From Bacteroidales bacterium UBA4293 (GTDB lineage Bacteria > Bacteroidota > Bacteroidia > Bacteroidales > Bacteroidaceae): a stretch of DNA of 64,000 nucleotides. A program made the position numbers and the translations under genes. This document shows, one piece after another, positions 8,422-16,863 of this stretch. The stretch lies in NCBI GenBank assembly GCA_002395835.1, contig DGVD01000002.1, positions 22,678-86,677 of the forward strand, in the 5' to 3' direction. The stretch's first letter is position 1. Each line of letters opens with the position of its first letter. The notes below the pieces were generated by a model. It was given only the letters and a program-made list of their open reading frames with translations. It made no database searches and had not been told where the DNA came from.

Positions 8422-10122
8422 ATGGAATGGCTTATTAATTTATTTGTTACCCAAGATTCGGTAGCACACATTGTGTTGCTTTATGCCATCGTCATTTCTA
8501 TTGGCGTACTGCTAGGAAAAGTTAAGATAGGGGGTATTTCTTTAGGTGTTACTTTTGTCTTGTTTGCAGGAATTGTGGCAGGACACTTTGGCTTTTCAGC
8601 CCCTTCTGCTATCTTGACATTTATGCAGGATTTCGGACTGATACTTTTTGTCTTTTGTATCGGCTTACAGGTAGGCCCCGGTTTCTTTGAGAGTTTTCGC
8701 AAGGGTGGGGTGGAACTTAATCTGCTGGCAACCCTAGCCATAGTGCTTAATGCACTGGTGATGTTTGGCTGTTATTACACCTTCTTTGATACTAGTAACC
8801 CCTACAATTTACCCATGTTGGTAGGAGCCCTGTATGGTGCTGTGACCAACACCCCAGGTTTGGGTGCAGCGAATGAGGCACTTCAGTCCGTATTTACCGA
8901 CGGTAATATACCTCAGATTGCCAACGGATATGCCTGTGCCTATCCATTGGGTGTGCTAGGAATTATAGGAGCTACCATCTTGATTCGTTATGTGACCCAT
9001 GTGAGTTTGAAAGACGAAGAGGCTCAGTTGGAAGAACAGGAGGCTCAAAATCCACATGCCAAACCTTGTGCCATCACCCTTAGAGTGGATAATAAAGCAC
9101 TTTGTGGTCACAACCTTAGAGAGCTGTCAGACTTCCTGAATCGCGACATTGTTTGTACACGTATTCATCATGATGGAGAGCTACACACCCCAACTAGAGA
9201 TACCGTACTTAGCCTGGGAGATGAACTTCGAATAGTGTGTGCAGAGAGCGACGTTCTTCCTATTAAAGCCTTTATTGGTCAGGAGATAGAAGTGGAATGG
9301 CGTCCGGATGAAGATGCAGATAAAGAACCTATGATAGCCCGACGCATAGTGATTACCAACCCGAAGATGAATGGAAAGACACTAGGAAAGATGCATTTCT
9401 CCAGTGTTTACGGAGTGAATGTAACCAGAATTAATCGGCAGGGTATGGATCTCTTTGCTAGTAGAAACCACCACTTTCATGTGGGAGATAAGATTATGGT
9501 AGTTGGCCGTGCTGACAATGTGGAACGTGTAGCAGACCTGATGGGAGATCATATCAAACTTCTTGATGCACCTAATATAGCTACCATTTTCATAGGTATT
9601 TTGCTAGGAATCATTTTTGGAAGCATACCATTCAGTTTGCCAGGTATGCCAGTGGCTTTGAAGCTAGGCTTAGCTGGAGGTCCTCTTATTATAGCTATTT
9701 TAATAGGTCGTTTCGGCTACCGTTTCAAACTTGTGACTTATACCACAACATCAGCTAACATGATGTTACGTGAGATTGGGTTGGTACTATTCCTGGCTAG
9801 TGTAGGTATTAAGGCTGGTTCTGGATTCTGGGAGACAGTAGTAGCAGGTGATGGAATTAAATACGTGGGTTGTGGATTCCTGATTACCGTGATTCCAATT
9901 TTAATAGTAGGTACTATAGCTCGACTGAAATATAAGTTCAACTATTTTACCATTATGGGAATGATAGCAGGTACTTATACCGATCCACCAGCACTAGCTT
10001 ATGCTAATTCCTGTTGTTCTCGTGAGGCACCAGCGATAGGCTACTCCACAGTTTATCCACTTAGCATGTTCTTAAGGATATTTGTAGCACAGTTGATAGT
10101 GATATTCTTCTGCGGAATGTAA
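8422..10122 (+). CDS. YidE/YbjL (AspT/AAE family) putative transporter with two central RCK-C (TrkA-C) domains
   Basis: 566 aa. Two hydrophobic halves flank a soluble section of about 170 aa with duplicated LGD.L.V.G-type segments (LSLGDELRIVC and FHVGDKIMVVG). Confidence 0.85.
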   Translation: MEWLINLFVTQDSVAHIVLLYAIVISIGVLLGKVKIGGISLGVTFVLFAGIVAGHFGFSAPSAILTFMQDFGLILFVFCIGLQVGPGFFESFRKGGVELNLLATLAIVLNALVMFGCYYTFFDTSNPYNLPMLVGALYGAVTNTPGLGAANEALQSVFTDGNIPQIANGYACAYPLGVLGIIGATILIRYVTHVSLKDEEAQLEEQEAQNPHAKPCAITLRVDNKALCGHNLRELSDFLNRDIVCTRIHHDGELHTPTRDTVLSLGDELRIVCAESDVLPIKAFIGQEIEVEWRPDEDADKEPMIARRIVITNPKMNGKTLGKMHFSSVYGVNVTRINRQGMDLFASRNHHFHVGDKIMVVGRADNVERVADLMGDHIKLLDAPNIATIFIGILLGIIFGSIPFSLPGMPVALKLGLAGGPLIIAILIGRFGYRFKLVTYTTTSANMMLREIGLVLFLASVGIKAGSGFWETVVAGDGIKYVGCGFLITVIPILIVGTIARLKYKFNYFTIMGMIAGTYTDPPALAYANSCCSREAPAIGYSTVYPLSMFLRIFVAQLIVIFFCGM

Positions 10123-10142
10123 AATAAAAAGAATATAAAAGG

Positions 10143-10174
10143 AAGGTCATGAGTTTTGCTCGTGGCCTTTTTTT
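10143..10174 (+). terminator. Intrinsic terminator of the transporter gene
   Basis: AAGGTCATGAG (10143-10153) pairs with CTCGTGGCCTT (10159-10169), counting G-U pairs. 5-nt loop and a T-run to 10174. Confidence 0.7.
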
Positions 10175-10286
10175 ATTCATCATATACTCTTTTATTTTGA
10201 TTGGTAAAAGATGGTGAGTCTTGTTAAATATTGCTAAAAGGTATTCTAAATTCCCTTTTTATTGTCCTCTTTTCTATATAAAATAG

Positions 10287-10294
10287 TATTTTTG
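10287..10294 (+). promoter_or_regulatory. Orphan -7 promoter box (TAttTTTG) inside the 540-bp gap
   Basis: Perfect TAnnTTTG match with no ORF downstream. See the finding on 10123-10663. Confidence 0.35.
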
Positions 10295-10547
10295 TCATGT
10301 TTTAAAGAAAAAGTTGGTATTTAATTATAGGATTAAAATAAACGCAAGTACAATTAAACGAGATTTAGGAATTATTTTAAACGTAAAACATTGTTTGGAA
10401 CGTTGCTGTGAAGCAATAAAATTAAATAATTAGTTTATCTAAGAGTTTGTAAGCGTACAAACTAAAAATAGTTTTAAGAACTATTTTTTATCACTCTCAG
10501 CAAAAGAGTTTATCTCTCTGCTTTATGTATTAGAATTTAGGTCTTAA

Positions 10548-10582
10548 ACCTCCCGATGTGATATCAGGGAGGTCTATTTTTT
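10548..10582 (+). terminator. Plus-strand stem-loop with T-run and no associated ORF
   Basis: CCTCCC (10549-10554) pairs with GGGAGG (10567-10572), with an extra GAT/ATC extension. It is followed by CTATTTTTT. Confidence 0.5.
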
Positions 10583-10604
10583 ATATGGAGTTTTCTTTAA
10601 TCAA

Positions 10605-10642
10605 TAAAAAAGAGCGATAATCCGAAAAAGGGTTATCGCTCT
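10605..10642 (-). terminator. Intrinsic terminator of the DUF4468-like gene
   Basis: AGAGCGATAA (10611-10620) pairs with TTATCGCTCT (10633-10642). The A-run at 10605-10610 is a T-run on the minus strand. Confidence 0.75.
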
Positions 10643-10663
10643 ATATGATGGGGGTGTGATGAT

Positions 10664-11395
10664 TTACCAATCGTCATCCTCGTTGCCTACAATGCCATGT
10701 CTTACAGCTTCTTCCACCTTATCGATAATGGCATTGCTATAGGCATGTGTCATAACGAAAGCCTTAGCACTAGTACGCTTTTGTGGGTCTTTCCTTACGA
10801 AAGGATAATGCTTTGCAATTTCCCATTGTTCGTCGTAGAGTCTAGCGTTGGTCTTGTCGTCTTTTTTGCGTTTAGAGTCTCCATAAGTCCTCTCATCAGA
10901 TTCTGGAATACTGAGCCAACCACCACTGATATCAGCTAGGACGTCGTAAGTCTGGACAGTATAAGTGACACGCACCTTACCATTCTTGATATCGATACGA
11001 ATTACCGGTGAAATGCTAACCGCATAATTGTTCAGTGTTCCTGTATGAGAGGCAATGGAGGTGATAGTAGGTGAAACAATGATACACCCAGATTCCTTAT
11101 CGTTGAGGGTGATAGCTTGTTTATCTTTAAAGGTAGCCGTAACCCAGTAATTAAGTGATACATAGAGCTGCTCCTTTGTCTTACCTGGAGCTTCGATTAC
11201 CTCTTGATAGGTAAGCGATTCATTTTTATCGAGAGTTATGTCTCTTGCTATATTCATAGCAGCATCGACCCATTTATCACCATAGTTTTCCTTAGCGTAT
11301 TTCTCCAGGTCGGCAACTTTCATTACTTGTGCCTGAAGATTTGTGGCAAATAGTGCAATGATGGCAGAGAGTGCCCAGATTCTTATTTTTTCCAT
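10664..11395 (-). CDS. Secreted DUF4468-like protein
   Basis: 243 aa. Signal peptide MEKIRIWALSAIIALFATNLQAQ. LTYQEVIEAPGKTKEQLYVSLNYWV resembles the DUF4468 N-terminal fold. Family name from memory. Confidence 0.75.
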   Translation of the reverse strand: MEKIRIWALSAIIALFATNLQAQVMKVADLEKYAKENYGDKWVDAAMNIARDITLDKNESLTYQEVIEAPGKTKEQLYVSLNYWVTATFKDKQAITLNDKESGCIIVSPTITSIASHTGTLNNYAVSISPVIRIDIKNGKVRVTYTVQTYDVLADISGGWLSIPESDERTYGDSKRKKDDKTNARLYDEQWEIAKHYPFVRKDPQKRTSAKAFVMTHAYSNAIIDKVEEAVRHGIVGNEDDDW

Positions 11396-11428
11396 ATTTT
11401 ATTGGTAGTACGTTAATAATGTGTTTCC

Positions 11429-12706
11429 TTACATTTTTTCCATAGCCTGCTGAAGATCAGCAATGATGTCCTCTACGTTTTCAATGCCTACAGACAGACG
11501 AACCAAATCTGGTGCCACACCTGCTTCGCGGAGCTGTTCATCGGACATTTGGCGATGGGTATGACTAGCAGGATGAAGCACACAAGTACGAGCATCGGCT
11601 ACATGGGTTACGATAGAGATGAAATCGAGATTGTCCATGAAGCGGATAGCATCCTCACGAGTACCTTTCAGTCCGAAAGCAATAACACCACATGAGCCAT
11701 TGGGAAGATATTTCTGTCCCAGCTCATAGTATTTGTTGGATGGAAGTCCACAGTAGTTTACCCATCCCACCTTAGGGTTTTTCTCCAGCCATTCTGCCAC
11801 CTTCTGTGCATTTTCGCAATGCTGTTTCATACGTAGGAAGAGAGTTTCCAGCCCCAGGTTCAGCAAGAATGCATTGAATGGAGAAGGAATGCTACCCAAG
11901 TCTCGCATCAGCTGGCTTACCAGTTTGGTGGTATATGCCATTTTTCCGAACTGTTTGGTGTAGGTAATACCGTGGTAGCTCTCATCGGGAGTGGTAAGAC
12001 CCTTGAACTTGTCACCGTAGGCTTCCCAATCGAAGTTTCCGGAATCCACTACAGCACCACCTACCTGAGTAGCATGTCCATCCATGTACTTAGTGGTAGA
12101 GTGTGTTACGATGTCGCATCCCCATTCAAAAGGACGACAGTTCACTGGTGTAGCGAAGGTATTATCCACAATGAGTGGCACTCCATGCTTGTGAGCCATC
12201 TTGGCGAAGCGTTCAATGTCGAACACGTTTCCTCCAGGGTTTGAGATGGTTTCACCAAAGAAGCACTTGGTGTTAGGACGGAAGGCTGCCTCTATTTTTT
12301 CATCATCCCATTCAGGGTCAACGAAAGTGCACTCAATACCCAGTTTCTTCATGGTAACACCAAAGAGGTTGAAGGTGCCACCGTAGATGGTGTTAGAAGT
12401 GATGAAGTGATCACCAGCTTCACAGATATTGAACACGGCATAGAAATTGGCTGCTTGGCCCGAAGAGGTGAGTACGGCTCCCACGCCACCTTCCAGAGCC
12501 GCTATTTTTTTAGCTACGGCATCGTTGGTAGGGTTAGCCAGACGGGTATAGAAATAGCCATCATCTTTCAGGTCGAACAGACGAGCCATCTGCTCGCTGG
12601 TATCATACTTGAAAGTGGTACTGGCATAGATAGGCAACTGCTGAGGTTCCCCTTTTGTAGGTTTCCATCCGCCATGTATGCAGATGGTTTCTAGATTTTT
12701 TTTCAT
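11429..12706 (-). CDS. metY: O-acetylhomoserine aminocarboxypropyltransferase / sulfhydrylase (PLP-dependent)
   Basis: IHGG near the N-terminus and the PLP-lysine motif [10 protein letters not shown]. The track start at 12718 is a TTG, so I use ATG 12706 ([13 protein letters not shown]). Confidence 0.92.
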   Translation of the reverse strand: MKKNLETICIHGGWKPTKGEPQQLPIYASTTFKYDTSEQMARLFDLKDDGYFYTRLANPTNDAVAKKIAALEGGVGAVLTSSGQAANFYAVFNICEAGDHFITSNTIYGGTFNLFGVTMKKLGIECTFVDPEWDDEKIEAAFRPNTKCFFGETISNPGGNVFDIERFAKMAHKHGVPLIVDNTFATPVNCRPFEWGCDIVTHSTTKYMDGHATQVGGAVVDSGNFDWEAYGDKFKGLTTPDESYHGITYTKQFGKMAYTTKLVSQLMRDLGSIPSPFNAFLLNLGLETLFLRMKQHCENAQKVAEWLEKNPKVGWVNYCGLPSNKYYELGQKYLPNGSCGVIAFGLKGTREDAIRFMDNLDFISIVTHVADARTCVLHPASHTHRQMSDEQLREAGVAPDLVRLSVGIENVEDIIADLQQAMEKM

Positions 12707-12721
12707 AAAAACGTTCAAATA

Positions 12722-12754
12722 ATTTCTGCAAAGATAGTTATTTCTGCAAAGATA
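12722..12754 (-). promoter_or_regulatory. Tandem duplicated promoter segment for metY (two TAtcTTTG boxes)
   Basis: ATTTCTGCAAAGATA occurs twice (12722-12736 and 12740-12754; 15/15 identical, 18-bp period). Each copy contains CAAAGATA, which is TATCTTTG on the minus strand. Confidence 0.6.
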
Positions 12755-12787
12755 CAGACATCTGAAAGAAAAAAATGCATGTCAAAT

Positions 12788-13534
12788 TTATCCGATGAGA
12801 TGCAAGCCTTTTGCTATTCGCAGGGCATCGGCAGTGTTTTGAGCATTCAGTTTCTGTCGGATATTCGCTCTATGCCGACTTACGGTATGGAAGCTGATAG
12901 ACAGTTTTTGAGCGATTTGCTTGCTTTCCAAACCTTGGTCGATGGAGGTCAAAATCTCTTTTTCCCTTGCAGAAAGAAGGTCGTTATAATCCCCTTTATC
13001 CATTGGTATTATTTGTCCGGTGACAGAGTTTATTATCCCTGTTTGACTGCTTTTCTCTGCAGCAGTATAGATGCAAAGAGAAAACCGGATAGGCTTGCTC
13101 CCAGACGCATCAGGATATAGGATTTTGTGACGGATGTTGTGAAAAACACCCTTTTCATCGCACATCCGAAGATTGCTCACGCAAATATAGTCACCTAGAT
13201 CCATTCTGTTTTCAGATCGCAGGAAATGGAAGAACTTAAGTTCCTCTATCTGCTTGGTTATCAGGTCATCGGGATGAATCCTACACATGATTTCCTCTTC
13301 CCAGATAGAGCTTATTTCATGGCATTCCTTATTCCGAGCAATTCCTAGCCATTCACCCACCTTCCCATAATAGATAGTGCTGGTTTGCAATTTCATATCA
13401 CTCAGTACTGCAATAGCATTTTCTGCCAAAGCATAACTTCGGGCCACCCATTTCAGTTGTGCTTTATCTGCATCGTCATCAGAATGCCTGGCTTGTTTCT
13501 TCAGAAGTTCATCTAACTGCTGGTCTATCTTCAT
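12788..13534 (-). CDS. LuxR-family transcriptional regulator with an unassigned N-terminal sensory domain
   Basis: C-terminal HTH LSAREKEILTSIDQGLESKQIAQKLSISFHTVSRHRANIRQKL. Confidence 0.88.
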   Translation of the reverse strand: MKIDQQLDELLKKQARHSDDDADKAQLKWVARSYALAENAIAVLSDMKLQTSTIYYGKVGEWLGIARNKECHEISSIWEEEIMCRIHPDDLITKQIEELKFFHFLRSENRMDLGDYICVSNLRMCDEKGVFHNIRHKILYPDASGSKPIRFSLCIYTAAEKSSQTGIINSVTGQIIPMDKGDYNDLLSAREKEILTSIDQGLESKQIAQKLSISFHTVSRHRANIRQKLNAQNTADALRIAKGLHLIG

Positions 13535-13577
13535 AAAATGGTCAATATTGAGTATTGCTGAAAGATAAAATAATGAT

Positions 13578-13585
13578 TACCTTTG
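13578..13585 (+). promoter_or_regulatory. -7 promoter box (TAccTTTG)
   Basis: 36 nt upstream of ATG 13621. It lies inside the longer track ORF, which supports the shorter start. Confidence 0.6.
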
Positions 13586-13620
13586 CAACCAAATACAAAA
13601 TTATAAAAATTATCTCGAAA

Positions 13621-14271
13621 ATGAAAAAATTACTGTTTTTTGCTTGGTTTGCTATGAGTTCTTTCAGTGCTCAAGCTCAGAGTTTGGAAAAAATGACGTG
13701 GTTCAATGAGCCCGGAAGCTATACCATTCAGGGAAAGACACTGGAAATGAATGTTCCGGGGCACTGTGATTACTGGAGAATTTCCCACTACGGATTCACA
13801 GTAGACGATGCTCCTTTCTATTATACCACTTATGGAGGTGAGTTCGAAACAAAAGTAAAGATTTCTGGCGATTATAAGGTGCGTTTTGACCAGGCTTGCC
13901 TCATGATCAGAATAGATAAAGAAAATTACCTGAAAGCAGGTATTGAGTACGTGGATGGGAAATATAATCTGAGTTGTGTAGTTACCCACCATACTAGCGA
14001 CTGGAGTGTTATAAGCCTTGATAAACCAGTAGATTATGTTTGGATTAAAGCCGTACGCAGACTGGATGCCATAGAGATTTTCTACTCTTTCGACGACAAG
14101 AATTATACCATGATGCGAAACTGCTGGATGGAAGACAATACTCCTGTTCAGATAGGTTTGGCAGCAGCTTGTCCAGATGGTGAAGGCTTCAAGGCAAAGT
14201 TTGAAGATTTCCAGGTAAAACACCTCCCAGATCAGCGTCGTTTAGAGTGGCTAAAACTTCATGCTGAATAA
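13621..14271 (+). CDS. Secreted DUF1349-domain protein (concanavalin-like fold)
   Basis: Signal peptide MKKLLFFAWFAMSSFSAQAQ, then MTWFNEP...WRISHYGF...DQACLMIRID, typical of DUF1349. Confidence 0.82.
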   Translation: MKKLLFFAWFAMSSFSAQAQSLEKMTWFNEPGSYTIQGKTLEMNVPGHCDYWRISHYGFTVDDAPFYYTTYGGEFETKVKISGDYKVRFDQACLMIRIDKENYLKAGIEYVDGKYNLSCVVTHHTSDWSVISLDKPVDYVWIKAVRRLDAIEIFYSFDDKNYTMMRNCWMEDNTPVQIGLAAACPDGEGFKAKFEDFQVKHLPDQRRLEWLKLHAE

Positions 14272-14340
14272 GGAGTAAATTTTGCTCCCCTTAAGGAGAG
14301 AAATTTCTCGCCAGAAGGAGAGTAAATTTTCCCCACTTAA
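14272..14340 (+). repeat. Three tandem 22-24-bp units with a palindromic GGAG-AAATTT-CTCC core (array A)
   Basis: GGAGTAAATTTTGCTCCCCTTAA / GGAGAGAAATTTCTCGCCAGAA / GGAGAGTAAATTTTCCCCACTTAA, starting right after the stop codon. The same family occurs at 57617-57735. Confidence 0.8.
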
Positions 14341-14345
14341 TACCA

Positions 14346-14380
14346 CCCCCAGAGGACTCGTTTCCTTTGGGGGTATTTTT
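14346..14380 (+). terminator. Intrinsic terminator after the DUF1349 gene and repeat array
   Basis: CCCCCAGA (14346-14353) pairs with TTTGGGGG (14366-14373), followed by TATTTTT. Confidence 0.65.
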
Positions 14381-14449
14381 ATGTTCCAAACCCATTTTTT
14401 TCGTCAGTCTTTTTTGATTCAAAATCTACTTCATTTGGGTAAAATTCCG

Positions 14450-14457
14450 TACCTTTG
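14450..14457 (+). promoter_or_regulatory. -7 promoter box (TAccTTTG)
   Basis: 38 nt upstream of ATG 14495. Confidence 0.6.
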
Positions 14458-14494
14458 CACAAATTTCCTAATTTAAGAGGAATAAACGGAAAAT

Positions 14495-15919
14495 ATGTCA
14501 AGAAAAAAGAAAGAACTTCCACTGTTGGAGAAAGTCTTGATTACAGATGTGGCTGCCGAAGGAAAGGCACTGGCCCGTGTAAATGAGATGGTAGTTTTTG
14601 TACCCTATGTGGTTCCAGGTGACGTGGTGGACCTTCAGATAAAGCGTAAGAAGCACAGCTATGCCGAGGCAGTAGCTGTGAAATTTCATGAATACTCCCC
14701 AGTACGTTGCGAGGCCTTTTGTGAGCACTATGGTGTTTGTGGAGGCTGCAAATGGCAGATTCTGCCTTATGAGGAACAGCTGAAGTTCAAACAGAAGCAG
14801 GTGGTGGATAACCTCACTCGTATAGGAAAAGTGGAACTGCCGGAGATTTCTCCTATCTTAGGTTCGGCTAAGACAGTCTTTTACAGAAACAAGCTGGAAT
14901 TCACTTTCAGTAATAAACGCTGGCTTACCGATGAGCAAGTGAAGAGTGGGTTCAAGTACGACCAAATGAATGGGGTGGGATTCCATATTCCAAATGCATT
15001 TGATAAGGTACTTCCTATAGAAAAATGCTGGCTTCAGAGCGACTTGAGCAACGAGATACGGAACAGTATACGCGACTATGCATTTGAGCATAATCTAGTA
15101 TTCTATAACCTTAGAGCGAATGAAGGATTGCTTCGGAACATGATGATCCGAACCAGTAATACGGGTGACCTGATGGTGCTGATTCAGTTCCGCATAGAGA
15201 ATCCATCCGATCAGAAACAAGCTGAAGACTTACTTCAATTCGTAGGTGATAAGTTCCCGGAAATCACATCGTTACTCTATGTAAACAACCAGAAATGTAA
15301 TGACACCATCAATGATTTACCTGTGGTGACATTCAAAGGTAAGGACTTCATTTATGAGGAGATGGAAGGGCTGAAATTTAAGGTGGGCCCTAAATCTTTC
15401 TACCAGACAAACACCGACCAAGCCTATGAACTTTACAAGGTGGCTCGTCGTTTTGCAGGGCTTACCGGGAATGAACTGGTGTACGACCTTTACACGGGTA
15501 CCGGAACCATAGCCAATTTTGTGAGTGGTGAGGCTAAAAAGGTTATCGGTATAGAATATGTACCAGAAGCCATAGAAGATGCAAAAGTGAATTCAGAAAT
15601 CAATGGTATAGAGAACACCCTATTCTTTGCCGGAGATATGAAAGATATGCTGACACAAGACTTCATCAGTGAATACGGTCGTCCTGATGTCATTATTACA
15701 GACCCACCTAGGGCCGGAATGCATCAAGATGTAATAGATGTACTTCTCTTTGCAGAAGCTCTTAGAATAGTCTATGTAAGCTGTAACCCAGCCACTCAGG
15801 CAAGAGACCTGCAGTTGCTGGATGCTAAATACCGGGTAGCTGCTGTTCAGCCAGTGGACATGTTTCCACACACACAGCATGTAGAAAATGTGGTTTTACT
15901 GGAAAGGAGGGACAGATGA
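14495..15919 (+). CDS. rlmD: 23S rRNA (uracil-C5)-methyltransferase, RumA/RlmD type
   Basis: 474 aa. N-terminal TRAM region, Fe-S Cys cluster CEAFCEHYGVCGGCKWQ, SAM motif DLYTGTGT, catalytic VYVSCNPAT. Confidence 0.9.
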   Translation: MSRKKKELPLLEKVLITDVAAEGKALARVNEMVVFVPYVVPGDVVDLQIKRKKHSYAEAVAVKFHEYSPVRCEAFCEHYGVCGGCKWQILPYEEQLKFKQKQVVDNLTRIGKVELPEISPILGSAKTVFYRNKLEFTFSNKRWLTDEQVKSGFKYDQMNGVGFHIPNAFDKVLPIEKCWLQSDLSNEIRNSIRDYAFEHNLVFYNLRANEGLLRNMMIRTSNTGDLMVLIQFRIENPSDQKQAEDLLQFVGDKFPEITSLLYVNNQKCNDTINDLPVVTFKGKDFIYEEMEGLKFKVGPKSFYQTNTDQAYELYKVARRFAGLTGNELVYDLYTGTGTIANFVSGEAKKVIGIEYVPEAIEDAKVNSEINGIENTLFFAGDMKDMLTQDFISEYGRPDVIITDPPRAGMHQDVIDVLLFAEALRIVYVSCNPATQARDLQLLDAKYRVAAVQPVDMFPHTQHVENVVLLERRDR

Positions 15920-16851
15920 GCCGTAACAAAAGACCGAAGCCAGACTGGCTGATAGCACGTAGAAGGAATCAGTACACAGACTACAATGTGCATGGTAACT
16001 TTGAACTGCTGGATTTCCTAATGGAGAAAGTTACCAATGGGAGCCGTACCAAGGCAAAGTACTTGCTTACCAACCGTTGTGTTCAGATAGGGGATATCAT
16101 TGTTACTCAATACAATGCACCGCTGTCCGAAGGAATGGTGGTTCGTATTTCCAAGAAAAAAGATCATTCAGAGTTTCACCACAACATGCTTCAGCTTCTC
16201 TATGAAGATGCGTACTTGCTGGTAGTGAAGAAGAAAGCAGGCCTTCTTTCCGTAGCTACTGAAACTCAGAAGGAACGCACTGCTCAGCACATCCTGACGG
16301 AGTATGTTCGTCGGCAGAACCGTAAGGCAAACATTTACGTGGTACATCGTTTGGATAGGGCCACATCGGGCATCATGATGTATGCCAAGGATGAGAAGAC
16401 GATGAACACCCTGAGAGACAATTGGCACCAGATAGTTTTTGATAGACGTTATGTGGCAGTTGTGGAAGGAGAGATGGAACAAGACACCGGTATGGTGCGT
16501 AGTTACCTGGATGAGAGTGGAATGAAAGTTCATTCTAATCAGCAGGATAATGGGGGTCGTCTGGCTATTACCCATTTTCGTACCATACGCAGAGGAAATG
16601 GGTATTCGCTGGTAGAACTTCAGTTGGAAACAGGACGTAAGAACCAGATTAGAGTTCACATGAACGATTTAGGTCATCCTGTGGTAGGAGACCGCAGGTA
16701 CGGAGCAGAGACCGACCCATTGGGCCGACTTTGCCTTCATGCATTTAAACTCTGTTTCTATCATCCTGTAACCAATGAACGCATGGAGTTTCAAGATGAT
16801 TACCCTGCATCGTTCAAGGGCCTTTTAAATACACTGAAAAACAACAAATAA
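15916..16851 (+). CDS. RluA-family pseudouridine synthase with an N-terminal S4-like domain
   Basis: Catalytic motif HRLDRATSGIMMYAKD and conserved GRKNQIRVH. ATGA overlap with rlmD. Confidence 0.9.
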   Translation: MSRNKRPKPDWLIARRRNQYTDYNVHGNFELLDFLMEKVTNGSRTKAKYLLTNRCVQIGDIIVTQYNAPLSEGMVVRISKKKDHSEFHHNMLQLLYEDAYLLVVKKKAGLLSVATETQKERTAQHILTEYVRRQNRKANIYVVHRLDRATSGIMMYAKDEKTMNTLRDNWHQIVFDRRYVAVVEGEMEQDTGMVRSYLDESGMKVHSNQQDNGGRLAITHFRTIRRGNGYSLVELQLETGRKNQIRVHMNDLGHPVVGDRRYGAETDPLGRLCLHAFKLCFYHPVTNERMEFQDDYPASFKGLLNTLKNNK

Positions 16852-16863
16852 AATACACACTAA

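Noticed and set aside
12707-12787. SAM or other riboswitch upstream of metY, and likewise upstream of purT and nadE
   Set aside because: The leaders are too short to hold a riboswitch aptamer: under 30 nt from the -7 box to the ATG for metY and nadE, and a 37-nt gap before purT.
13630-14223. 197-aa minus-strand ORF
   Set aside because: It lies fully inside the DUF1349 gene on the opposite strand, and that gene has a signal peptide, a promoter box and a terminator. The minus-strand ORF has no supporting signals.
14282-14476. 64-aa ORF MLPLRREISRQKESKFSPLN...
   Set aside because: It is a translation of repeat array A and the terminator. It also spans the rlmD promoter box, so it is not a credible gene.
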